DNA of 64,000 nt, taken from a candidate division Kazan bacterium. GTDB taxonomy: Bacteria; Patescibacteriota; Kazan-3B-28. Both the position numbers and the translations under genes were made by a program. Positions 56,041 through 64,000 of this stretch are shown here, in pieces. The stretch is from the NCBI GenBank assembly GCA_003647645.1, contig QMNG01000001.1, forward strand, positions 7,938-71,937. Direction: 5' to 3'. The notes under the pieces are model-generated. The model was not told the origin of the DNA, made no database searches, and saw nothing but the letters and a program-made list of their open reading frames with translations. How positions within the stretch are numbered: the stretch's first letter is position 1; each line of letters begins with the position of its first letter.

Positions 56041-56211
56041 CTAATATCTGCTGCGCGTCCCTCTCTGGTGGTTTTTGTAAAACGAATGGGGTGACACGCG
56101 GCGGGGAGTTTTCCCCGTTTGTCTAGCTCTTCCGCGTTTTCCGCGACGCTCCTTTTCATTTTCTTTTTCTCCGTCATAGTTACGGCTGTCATCGTCAATT
56201 TTGTTTCCCAT
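56041..56211 (-). CDS. Possible 56-aa Arg/Lys-rich protein missed by the 60-aa ORF cutoff
   Basis: aaggag 7 nt upstream of ATG 56211; MGNKIDDDSRNYDGEKENEKERRGKRGRARQTGKTPRRVSPHSFYKNHQRGTRSRY; different frame from track ORF 56025..56234. Confidence 0.3.
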   Translation of the reverse strand: MGNKIDDDSRNYDGEKENEKERRGKRGRARQTGKTPRRVSPHSFYKNHQRGTRSRY

Positions 56212-56542
56212 AAATACGACTCCTTAGGGTGCAATTCCAGAAATCACATAACTTTGTGCTTCTGGTGGCTTCAATATATCAAAAAGAAAATCATCCTGCA
56301 AGTATTTAGCTACCAGAGCCATATATTTGGTTATTTGGCATGCTGGAAATACGCCAAAAGCCTTTCAAACGACGAGGGCTAAATTGTATTTAACTTTGAA
56401 TTGCTTGCCTTGAAAATGGAGTATATTATAATTAAACGTCAAGTAGGGTCGAATCTATCTGCCGATAGGTAGACAAAGGGAAAATTATTGCTATGACATG
56501 TATTAGTTATGGCGGTCGTAATAAAATAATTGTATAAACTAT

Positions 56543-57358
56543 ATGAAATATCTGTATTACGGGAGTGTAATTCTTTTAGCCAGCTTGATGCTGGTTTTGA
56601 TGCCTCACGGCGATGTCGAAACGGCTGAAGCTGCTGCCGGACCCACGGTGTGGCAGTTTTCGCCAAGCACGGTAACCAGCCTGGATTTTTCAGGTGCCTA
56701 TATTGAAATTACTGGTACTAACTGGCCCAAAGAAATGTATGGGCTGAGTGCTCATCTGGTAAATGATGATGAGTGGGTTCAGCTAGAAACTATCAGCTAT
56801 GTTCCAGACGCCGGGCGGATGGTTGTAATGGTTCCTCCTTATAATCAAGCATCAGACGGGACCACTTACGATCTTGTAGTAATGAAAATATCTGGGGCCA
56901 GAACAGTGCTACAGGATGTCTTTACTGTAACTGATGATTCTGCCAGCGGAAGCGAAGGAAATGGGAATGAAGAGGAGACCACAAACGGGGAAGATACAAC
57001 ATCCGCAGACAGGCCAACGCCTGAAGTTTTCAAAGCTAACGCCAACGGTCCGGATGTTATCGATTATTATCCCAGCGAATTACTAGGCAATCCATACAGC
57101 GGAACAACTCTGACAATACTGGGACACAATTGGCCAGACGAAATGTATGGCTTGGTTGTTCAGTTAGTGGATCCAATGACTAATAATATATTCAATTGCC
57201 TAACTATCAGTTACGCCCCAATTGCCGGAAGAATTGTCGTGCAAACCCCGGTTATCTCGCTTACTAACGATGCTTTATTAGATATTTATATATCTGATAA
57301 TCAAGGCGGGCGTACTGTTATCAAAGACGGTTTGTGGTTTAGGCCAAATGTAAATTAG
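56543..57358 (+). CDS. Secreted protein with two internal ~100-aa repeats
   Basis: Signal peptide; repeats GTNWPKEMYGLSAHLV...TISYVPDAGRMVVMVPP and GHNWPDEMYGLVVQLV...TISYAPIAGRIVVQTP separated by an acidic linker. Confidence 0.55.
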   Translation: MKYLYYGSVILLASLMLVLMPHGDVETAEAAAGPTVWQFSPSTVTSLDFSGAYIEITGTNWPKEMYGLSAHLVNDDEWVQLETISYVPDAGRMVVMVPPYNQASDGTTYDLVVMKISGARTVLQDVFTVTDDSASGSEGNGNEEETTNGEDTTSADRPTPEVFKANANGPDVIDYYPSELLGNPYSGTTLTILGHNWPDEMYGLVVQLVDPMTNNIFNCLTISYAPIAGRIVVQTPVISLTNDALLDIYISDNQGGRTVIKDGLWFRPNVN

Positions 57359-57377
57359 AAATAGATAAGCTAAACCA

Positions 57378-57416
57378 AATAATCCCGGCATAGAGTGCTG
57401 GGATTATTTGTTTTTC
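57378..57416. terminator. Bidirectional terminator between convergent genes
   Basis: aaataatcccggca-tagag-tgctgggattattt followed by gttttt. Confidence 0.65.
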
Positions 57417-57419
57417 AGT

Positions 57420-58118
57420 TTATACAAACATTAACCAAACACCCAAAACCACCATAACTATTCCAACAACCAAGTGGAGAATTTTGAGGTTTTTGTTCTT
57501 CCACTCCATTGTCTGATCGGCAGTGGTGTAACCAAAACGGATCAGAAGCAAAATTAAGACAAGTGGGAGAACAAAAATTAGGTTGTAATACAATAAAGTA
57601 ACCAAAACCGCCGACCATGAAAATTCTTTACTCAAAAGTCCCAGAACAAAAAGATAGGGACCGCCTGTGCAAGGAAGCTCAAAAAAGGTCACTATCACAC
57701 CAATAACGAAAGCCATAATGGGACTGGCGACCTTTTTAATCAAACCCTTCATGGTGGGACGCCAGGATCTCGGCACCTCTGTGACAAAACCGAGTTTGCC
57801 ATACCAAAAGAAATCCTTAATATTGGCTAAACCTATTAAGATTGCAATTATCCCGACAATTTTATGTAAGATAAAGCCCAGCCCAGCTAGTTGCACCGCA
57901 CCCAATAGGCCTAAGCCAATAGCATAGTAAGTTGTATAGAGGCCGGCGACAAATGCCAAACCTGTCTTCAGGATTATATTTTTATCTTTAATTACGACTA
58001 AACCAGTAATTAGAAGCAACAGCACAGCAATAGCACAAGGATTAACAGAGTCAGCAAAAGCCGCGCCGGTGATAGCCCAAAAAGTTGGTTCAGTAATCTC
58101 AAGGGGTGAACAAACCAT
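57420..58118 (-). CDS. CcdA/DsbD-family thiol-disulfide transporter-like membrane protein
   Basis: ~6 TM helices; first helix carries FADSVNPCAIAVLLLL, a later one FELPCTGGPY: the two-Cys pattern of the DsbD/CcdA transmembrane domain. Confidence 0.5.
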   Translation of the reverse strand: MVCSPLEITEPTFWAITGAAFADSVNPCAIAVLLLLITGLVVIKDKNIILKTGLAFVAGLYTTYYAIGLGLLGAVQLAGLGFILHKIVGIIAILIGLANIKDFFWYGKLGFVTEVPRSWRPTMKGLIKKVASPIMAFVIGVIVTFFELPCTGGPYLFVLGLLSKEFSWSAVLVTLLYYNLIFVLPLVLILLLIRFGYTTADQTMEWKNKNLKILHLVVGIVMVVLGVWLMFV

Positions 58119-58122
58119 ATCC

Positions 58123-58395
58123 CTATTCTATCCTAACTGCCTTGCCAGTAACCATGGCTTCGGCAACTTTGTCATAGGCCTTCTGCAAAATCCTATGAAA
58201 AGTGCTTTGGGAAATTTTCATCTCTTCAGCTGCTTTAGATTGAGATAAATTCTGCAAATGCCTTAATCTTAAGGCCTCGCCCTCATCAAGTTCCAAATGG
58301 ATTACTTCTAAATGTCGCAGGGGGATACCCACGGGCTTGAAATAGTTAGCCCGTGGGCAAAACCGAATTCTGCGTTTAAGTCTTGGTCTGGCCAT
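58123..58395 (-). CDS. DUF134 (UPF0251) HTH protein
   Basis: MARPRLKRRIRFCPRANYFKPVGIP...LELDEGEALRL...QSKAAEEMKISQSTFHRIL matches the DUF134 layout. Confidence 0.75.
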   Translation of the reverse strand: MARPRLKRRIRFCPRANYFKPVGIPLRHLEVIHLELDEGEALRLRHLQNLSQSKAAEEMKISQSTFHRILQKAYDKVAEAMVTGKAVRIE

Positions 58396-58396
58396 C

Positions 58397-58612
58397 CTAG
58401 CAAAATTCCCCTGTCATTAGAGTGCCGCATTTAGGACATTTGATTTGTGTACAAGGCACACCACGCTGATTGTGTGGCTCCTTATGTCCACATTTGGGAC
58501 AAGTGCAGACGTCTGATCCCAATGGCCTACCAGCCATGCCACGGCCCTGGCCGCGGCCCAGACCTCGGCCAAATCCCTGCCCCATATTGCCAGTTCCATC
58601 TCTTCTAGGCAT
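58397..58612 (-). CDS. DUF5320-like protein with C-terminal zinc ribbon
   Basis: MPRRDGTGNMGQGFGRGLGRGQGRG N-terminus; CTCPKCG...CPKCG. Confidence 0.65.
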   Translation of the reverse strand: MPRRDGTGNMGQGFGRGLGRGQGRGMAGRPLGSDVCTCPKCGHKEPHNQRGVPCTQIKCPKCGTLMTGEFC

Positions 58613-58642
58613 ATATTCTCCTTGGTTTAACTTATATATATT

Positions 58643-58658
58643 ATGAATATATATTCAT
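58643..58658. promoter_or_regulatory. Perfect 16-nt palindrome overlapping the promoter of the DUF5320-DUF134-CcdA operon
   Basis: ATGAATATATATTCAT; on the minus strand it directly follows tgaTATAAT and lies ~30 nt upstream of ATG 58612. Confidence 0.5.
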
Positions 58659-58769
58659 TATATCATAAAGTCAACTCAAGGCAACTACTATTTGCTTGAA
58701 CTGACTGGGGCGGTTCTGTTGAACAGCAAAACGATCATGGAACCCCCCGCACTAAATTTTTGTTCTAAA

Positions 58770-58843
58770 TGGCTCCCGGGCAGGGATTCGAACCCCGATT
58801 CCTTGGACCAGAACCAAGTGTCCTGCCGTTAGACGACCCGGGA
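58770..58843 (-). tRNA. tRNA-Gln (anticodon CUG), CCA encoded
   Basis: Manual cloverleaf on the minus strand: acceptor TCCCGGG/CCCGGGA (U1-A72), D arm GTCT-AACGGCA-GGAC, anticodon arm CTTGG-TTCTGGT-CCAAG, T arm CGGGG-TTCGAAT-CCCTG, G-CCA; 74 nt. Confidence 0.85.
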
Positions 58844-58939
58844 ATATTATGCGCGGGACAGGCGCCACCAGTTGCCCCCACCTGCAACGCTTGGCATAGC
58901 AATAACGTTACACTGGCTTTGGCCAAATCTTTAGCTTGT

Positions 58940-59167
58940 TTAGCTTTCCATATCATTTTCGTGGAAGAATTTTTCCTGGACTTCGTCATTTGTACGAATC
59001 CAGCCCATTAATACTGCTACGTGCTCCTTTTCTTCATCACGATTATGAGACAGAACTTTCTTTAATGATTCGTTACTAGTTGCATCAACCCTCTCTTGAT
59101 ACTTGTTAATTGCATCAAGCTCCTCAATGAGTGATTGGCGAGCCATCTGAAGATCTTTCGAATTCAT
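58940..59167 (-). CDS. EncFtn-like (encapsulated-ferritin family) small ferritin-like protein
   Basis: LIEELDAINKYQERVDA...VLSHNRDEEKEHVAVLMGWIR matches the EncFtn helix-turn-helix with ExxH iron ligands. Confidence 0.65.
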   Translation of the reverse strand: MNSKDLQMARQSLIEELDAINKYQERVDATSNESLKKVLSHNRDEEKEHVAVLMGWIRTNDEVQEKFFHENDMES

Positions 59168-59176
59168 CGCTGCTCC

Positions 59177-59491
59177 CTAGAATATATAAACTAATATAAT
59201 CGCTAAAATACCCAGCCAAATTAATGTCAAACTAACTAGCCCGATAGCTCTACCCCATTGGTCCTTGACTGCCAAATAGATTGGATATCCCAGTACTGAA
59301 CCGGCGGCTAGCACTGCTACTATAATAAACATAATTGGTATAAGAATAAACCCAGTGGTATTCATCGCTTCGGATTCATCAACAAACTGGTTTATATTTA
59401 ACATGAACATTGACCACAACCAAACAAACACACTGGCACTCAATGCCTGCGCAAAACTTATTCCAACAAAACGAAGAATGTTTTTACCCAT
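59177..59491 (-). CDS. Small membrane protein
   Basis: 104 aa, three hydrophobic helices. Confidence 0.4.
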   Translation of the reverse strand: MGKNILRFVGISFAQALSASVFVWLWSMFMLNINQFVDESEAMNTTGFILIPIMFIIVAVLAAGSVLGYPIYLAVKDQWGRAIGLVSLTLIWLGILAIILVYIF

Positions 59492-59493
59492 AT

Positions 59494-60618
59494 CTATTTA
59501 AATAAGCTCTTATACACATCCTCTGTTTTTCTAATCATAGTTTCGGCGGAAAATTTCTCAACTGTTTTAGCATGATTGCTGCAGAGCTTACGCATTAATT
59601 TTTTATCATTAATAAGCTTGAGTAAAGTCGCTGACAGTTTTTTAGGGCTCTTGGGTTCCACCAGCAAACCATTGTGATTATGTGTAATAATTTCAGGAAT
59701 GCCGCCGACTCTCGTTGCTACAATTGGCACACCAACTTTCATTGCTTCAAGCAAGGTAATGCCAAACGCCTCCGAAAGAGACGGCAGAACAAAAATTTTA
59801 AATGTGCTAAGCGCAGGCAGAACATTTGCCAGAGAGCCGGTAAACACCACTTTATCTTCTATTTTTTGTTTCTTAGCCAACCGTTCGAGAAAATGTTTCA
59901 GATGTCCCCTACCCACAATAACCAGCTTAGCTCTGGGCACACTTTTGGCTATACGAGCAAACGCCTTGATTAGCGTAGCAGTATCCTTGGCAGGATTAAG
60001 AGAACCAACTGTCCCGATAATAAAATCTTCTGGTTGAATGCCGTTTTTTTTGCGAAATTCTTCAATGTCTTTTTCGCTAATCTTACTCCTGAGAGGAGTA
60101 ATGCCGTTATAAACCACTGTAATTTTATCTGGCTTGGTAATTTTAGATTCTATTAAAAACTTTTTTACAGCATTGCTGACGGCGATAACCTTGTCTGTCC
60201 ATCTGTCCAGCGCCTTCATTACTTGTAAATGTGTAACGTGCAACAGGGGATTACCCAAACGAAAATCATGGGTATATGTGTGCTCGGTGTGGATGCGTTT
60301 GATGTGAAGACTGCGAGACGCTAATCGCCCAACTAGGCCCGCCCTCTGACCATGGGTATGAATAATGTCGGGCTCATATTTTTTTAGCAGTTTAAATATG
60401 GCGTTAATGGCTGCTCTATCGGCTCTGCCTTTCATTGGCACTTGGAAAACGGGAATTTTGCGCTTTTTAAGCTCTGCTACCAGTGGCCCTGCCGGAGTAA
60501 TAACCGTTGGAATAAATTTAACTTTATCAATGCCGGACATCAAAGTCAGCAAGTGCCGCGGCGCACCCGTTAAAGAGCTATCCGCAATAATCTCAAAAAC
60601 GCTTATCCTTTTACTCAT
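59494..60618 (-). CDS. Glycosyltransferase family 4 (GT-B)
   Basis: GAPRHLLTL N-terminal domain; C-terminal VLPSLSEAFGITLLEAMKVGVPIVATRVGGIPEII (EX7E region). Confidence 0.8.
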   Translation of the reverse strand: MSKRISVFEIIADSSLTGAPRHLLTLMSGIDKVKFIPTVITPAGPLVAELKKRKIPVFQVPMKGRADRAAINAIFKLLKKYEPDIIHTHGQRAGLVGRLASRSLHIKRIHTEHTYTHDFRLGNPLLHVTHLQVMKALDRWTDKVIAVSNAVKKFLIESKITKPDKITVVYNGITPLRSKISEKDIEEFRKKNGIQPEDFIIGTVGSLNPAKDTATLIKAFARIAKSVPRAKLVIVGRGHLKHFLERLAKKQKIEDKVVFTGSLANVLPALSTFKIFVLPSLSEAFGITLLEAMKVGVPIVATRVGGIPEIITHNHNGLLVEPKSPKKLSATLLKLINDKKLMRKLCSNHAKTVEKFSAETMIRKTEDVYKSLFK

Positions 60619-60702
60619 AGTTTGAAATATGAAATCTAGAATTTGGAATTATATTTTATTCTCTGAGTTTGTCGAAGAGATACCATAACTTGATACTGAA
60701 TG

Positions 60703-62028
60703 CTAGATACTGGACGCTAATTTGCCAATTGCCGTTTTAATTCGTTTAATAGATTCATCTTTACCTAACGCTGCTAATAATTCTGTCGGGCTGGGACTCC
60801 CCTCTTCCCCGGATAAAGCCACTCTCACGGGCCAGAAAACATCTCCAGGCAAAAGGCCTTCAGCCGCCACCGTATTATCTAACACTTGCTGTAGTTTTGT
60901 CTCTACCCAATCCCTTTCATCAATGGCTTCCAATACTTTCAGCGCCGCATCTAACCCCTTGGCAGTTTGTTCAGGACTGCTTTTTTTGAAGATCAATAGC
61001 TTGCCATCGTATTTTGGTGCTTTCAAAAAATATTCAATCAGATCTGGAATTTCCGATAAGGTTTGAGCTCTATCTTGTACCAGCTTAAGCGCCTTTTCTA
61101 TTAAATCTTTGTCCCCTTTTAAATGTGTAATATACGGCTCGGCCAATTTGATATAGTCATCTAAACTTTTCTCCATTAAATAATGGTGATTTATGTGATT
61201 GAGGTTCTTAATGTCAAAAACCGCACCGGCCTTTTGAACACGATCTAGAGTAAACATTTTTACCAATTCTTCCAGCGTAAAAAAATCATTTTCATCTGGG
61301 GGTGACCAGCCCAATTGGGCCAAAAAGTTTATCATTGCTTCTGGCAGATATCCGGCTTTGATGTAGGCTTCAAAATCTATATCACCGGCCCGTGATGAAC
61401 CCGACGAAACCATGCGCTTGCTCATCTTACTTTTATCAGGGTTTAAAATCAGCGGGATATGAGCAAATTTGGGAACATCTGCCCCCAGTGCCTCATACAG
61501 TAGAATGTGCTTCGGTGTATTGCTCAAGTGATCTTCCCCGCGAATAACATGAGTAATGTTCATATCAATGTCGTCCACCACATTGGCAAAGTGAAAGGTT
61601 GGACTGCCATCTTTCTTAAACAAAACAACATCGTCAAAATCTTGTGAATTAAACTCAACCTTGCCGCGAATTAAATCATCAACAATGATTTTCTTGTTTT
61701 TTTCTGGCAGGCGGAAATAAGTCCCGCCATCATGCTCGTAAATCAAATCTTTGGCTTTAAGTTTATCTAAATATTTTTTGTAGATATCAGCCCGCTTGCT
61801 TTGGTGGTATTCCTCATCCCATTCGATCCCCATCCATTTAAGACCGTCTTTAATGTTGTTCTCGAAAACCGCCTCGCTTCTATCCTTGTCAGTATCCTCA
61901 AACCGTAAAATAAAAGTTCCCCCATTTGCCAAAGCATAAACATAGTTAAACAGTGCGGTACGGACACCACCAATGTGTAGTGGCCCTGTCGGACTAGGCG
62001 CAAAACGGACACAAACTTTCTTCTCCAT
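60703..62028 (-). CDS. gltX: Glutamyl-tRNA synthetase
   Basis: RFAPSPTGPLHIGG (HIGH), KMSKR (KMSKS); ATG 62028 preferred over track start 62085. Confidence 0.93.
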   Translation of the reverse strand: MEKKVCVRFAPSPTGPLHIGGVRTALFNYVYALANGGTFILRFEDTDKDRSEAVFENNIKDGLKWMGIEWDEEYHQSKRADIYKKYLDKLKAKDLIYEHDGGTYFRLPEKNKKIIVDDLIRGKVEFNSQDFDDVVLFKKDGSPTFHFANVVDDIDMNITHVIRGEDHLSNTPKHILLYEALGADVPKFAHIPLILNPDKSKMSKRMVSSGSSRAGDIDFEAYIKAGYLPEAMINFLAQLGWSPPDENDFFTLEELVKMFTLDRVQKAGAVFDIKNLNHINHHYLMEKSLDDYIKLAEPYITHLKGDKDLIEKALKLVQDRAQTLSEIPDLIEYFLKAPKYDGKLLIFKKSSPEQTAKGLDAALKVLEAIDERDWVETKLQQVLDNTVAAEGLLPGDVFWPVRVALSGEEGSPSPTELLAALGKDESIKRIKTAIGKLASSI

Positions 62029-62086
62029 ACCTCTATTGTAGCAGGTAAACAAACAGATTTTGGATAAAAGGAAAATTACCCCCAAA

Positions 62087-62956
62087 CTATAATCGGGCTA
62101 ATTTCTCATGTCGAACTGCCTTCATAAATTCAATTGTGGCAGTCTTTATTCGGTCTTTTCTCCACGGCTGGCTGATGAGGCGCCAGAGCCACTCTAATCC
62201 CCTATCGCGCATCCATTCCGGCGCCCGGCGGGCAGGCGTGGCGTTTGCCCCCGCTTGCATAGCAGCTCCGCCGACGATGAAGTCGAGCGCGCCTCCGATG
62301 CCGATGGCAATGGATTTGTGCAAACGCGGGAGAAAATTCTTTATCCACTTCATTTGCTTGTCGGCCGGGAAAGCTAGAAAGATGATTTGAGGATTGGTCT
62401 GCTGGATACGGCGGATCACTTCCTCCTCATCTTCGTGAGGCGGGCCGACCATCACTTCCACAACATTCAGCCGGGGATATAGTTGCTGCATCACTCGGGC
62501 GGCTTTGAGCGCCACACCCGGGCCGGCTCCCAAGAGAAAGATACGCCACCCCCGCTCGCTGGCGAGCTTGGCCATCTCCCATACCATATCGGCGCCCGTG
62601 AGCCGTTCAGGGATAACATTTAAAAGACGCGGCGCTAATACGACGGCAGCCGAGGTCCAGAGCCACTGCCACCATTCTTGGATCTGCTTCAAGACCGGAA
62701 TATTGGTAATAGGCAGGGATAGGTATTTGGCCGCCCACAAGAGGCCCACGCCGTCGGCCAATGACAAACTAGAGTTGTTTAACACTTCCCTGAACCACGG
62801 ATGTAGGTTGGCATACATCACCATCTCTGGATTGGGTGTGACGATGTAGTGATTTCTGCGAGTATGTATCATAGCTATAATCTCCTGCAGGGCTTGCGGC
62901 AGAGTAATAGTATGGACCTTAACGCCCAAGATTTTGACTGAGGATAGACTAGTCAT
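62087..62956 (-). CDS. WecB/TagA/CpsF family glycosyltransferase (GT26)
   Basis: ILGVKVHTITLPQALQEI N-terminus, PNPEMVM, LADGVGLLWA, FLLGAGPGV, AIGIGGALDF. Confidence 0.75.
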   Translation of the reverse strand: MTSLSSVKILGVKVHTITLPQALQEIIAMIHTRRNHYIVTPNPEMVMYANLHPWFREVLNNSSLSLADGVGLLWAAKYLSLPITNIPVLKQIQEWWQWLWTSAAVVLAPRLLNVIPERLTGADMVWEMAKLASERGWRIFLLGAGPGVALKAARVMQQLYPRLNVVEVMVGPPHEDEEEVIRRIQQTNPQIIFLAFPADKQMKWIKNFLPRLHKSIAIGIGGALDFIVGGAAMQAGANATPARRAPEWMRDRGLEWLWRLISQPWRKDRIKTATIEFMKAVRHEKLARL

Positions 62957-64000
62957 TTGAGAACTTTCTTTTTAACTGACTCAGCAACCAATTCTCTAAT
63001 CTCATCTTGAAATCTTTTTTTGCTAAATTTTTTAGCATGCTTGCGGATGATTTTACAGTCAAACTTATTTTCTTGAGTTATAAATAACCGCAGGGTTCTC
63101 TTTAAACTGACAACGCTTTGCTCATCAAAGAAAATGCCAGTTTTCCCCTCGATTACGGTTTCTAATAGTCCACCTTTTCTAAAGGCTATCACCGGTTTGC
63201 CGGCAGCCATCGCTTCTACTGGCACGATCCCAAAATCCTCCTCGCCGGGGAAAATGAGCGCCCGGCAATTTTGCAAGTACTTGATTTTCTCTGCGTCATT
63301 GACCCAACCCAGAATTTTAGTATTAGGCCCCGCCAATCTTTTGAGCTTTGATTCCTCCTCGCCTGTGCCAATCACAATTAAAGGCACATCTAAATCTCGA
63401 CAAGCCTCAATTGCCAAGTCCAGCCGCTTATAATAACTTAGACGCGAGATGGCCAAAAAATATCCTTTGTTTTCTGGATGCATCGATATTTTATCCACAT
63501 CAACCGGCGGATAAATAATTTGAGCATCACGCCGATAATATTTGCGAATCCGATTGCGGACATTCCTAGAGTTGGCCACAAACATATCTACACGGGAACT
63601 GCCCAGCTTATCCCACATCCGAATTTTGAAAAGCAGACCTCGCATAGTTTTGGTAATTGCTCTACTCAAACTCTGTTCCCCCAAGTATGTATGCCAGGCG
63701 TCCCAGACGTAGCGCATCGGTGAGTGAACATACGAAATATGCGTAGTAGCAGCCGGTGTAATAACATTTTTGGCAAATGAATTACTGCTGGATATGACCA
63801 CATCAAATCCACTAAAATCAAAACCCTCTATGGCTCCAGCGTAAAACGGCAACAAAAATTTTGCCGGCAATAACGAATACTTTTGCAGTTTGGAAACAAT
63901 GATCTTTCTGCCCCGAAAAAATTTGGCCAGCTTGGGGTTATATGTCAATGTGTAGATCGGCGCTTCGGGAAAAATTTTGCTCAACGCCAAAGTCACTCGT
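62953..64000 (-). CDS. Glycosyltransferase family 4, N-terminus beyond the window edge
   Basis: Frame open to the window end; C-terminal FPGEEDFGIVPVEAMAAGKPVIAFRKGGLLETV (EX7E region); 4-nt overlap with the downstream gene. Confidence 0.75.
   Translation of the reverse strand, partial: RVTLALSKIFPEAPIYTLTYNPKLAKFFRGRKIIVSKLQKYSLLPAKFLLPFYAGAIEGFDFSGFDVVISSSNSFAKNVITPAATTHISYVHSPMRYVWDAWHTYLGEQSLSRAITKTMRGLLFKIRMWDKLGSSRVDMFVANSRNVRNRIRKYYRRDAQIIYPPVDVDKISMHPENKGYFLAISRLSYYKRLDLAIEACRDLDVPLIVIGTGEEESKLKRLAGPNTKILGWVNDAEKIKYLQNCRALIFPGEEDFGIVPVEAMAAGKPVIAFRKGGLLETVIEGKTGIFFDEQSVVSLKRTLRLFITQENKFDCKIIRKHAKKFSKKRFQDEIRELVAESVKKKVLK

Overview
This 64 kb window looks like a small-genome, Candidate Phyla Radiation (Patescibacteria)-like bacterium; the taxon is inferred from gene content, not from a search. 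All calls come from reading the sequence and ORF translations. No homology, folding or covariance software was run.

The backbone is housekeeping:
- DNA repair and replication: uvrA, uvrC, ligA, mfd, nfo.
- Cell wall: murA, murB, an M23 peptidase, a D-Ala-D-Ala carboxypeptidase and three glycosyltransferases.
- Translation: gatC, gatA, gatB, aspS, gltX, pth and der.
- Other: metK, a purC-like gene and a redox cluster.
- RNA genes: tRNA-Glu(CUC) and tRNA-Gln(CUG).
- No rRNA, CRISPR array, transposase or integrase was recognised.

The most unusual region is an all-plus-strand accessory block at 2084-7455. It holds five consecutive proteins sharing one winged-helix-like C-terminal module, a tandem 9-mer array, a SIR2_2-like protein, and an NPPY methyltransferase with a PD-(D/E)xK nuclease. 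I propose it as a candidate undescribed SIR2-based defence locus.

Other notable signals:
- A ~225-nt intergenic element present twice, with compensatory base changes.
- Two 98 percent identical tandem SAM-I riboswitches. One controls a zinc-ribbon protein of unknown function and the other a C-terminally short MetK.
- A recurrent TGGnGTAnAAT-N6-ATG leaderless promoter design.
- Promoter-to-terminator noncoding units between uvrA and uvrC and between mfd and pth.
- A membrane-anchored RNxxxH (HEPN-like) gene inside the gatCAB operon.
- 3' end relics of a GxxExxY nuclease gene marking cassette junctions.
- Two paralogous coupling-protein-like ATPases.
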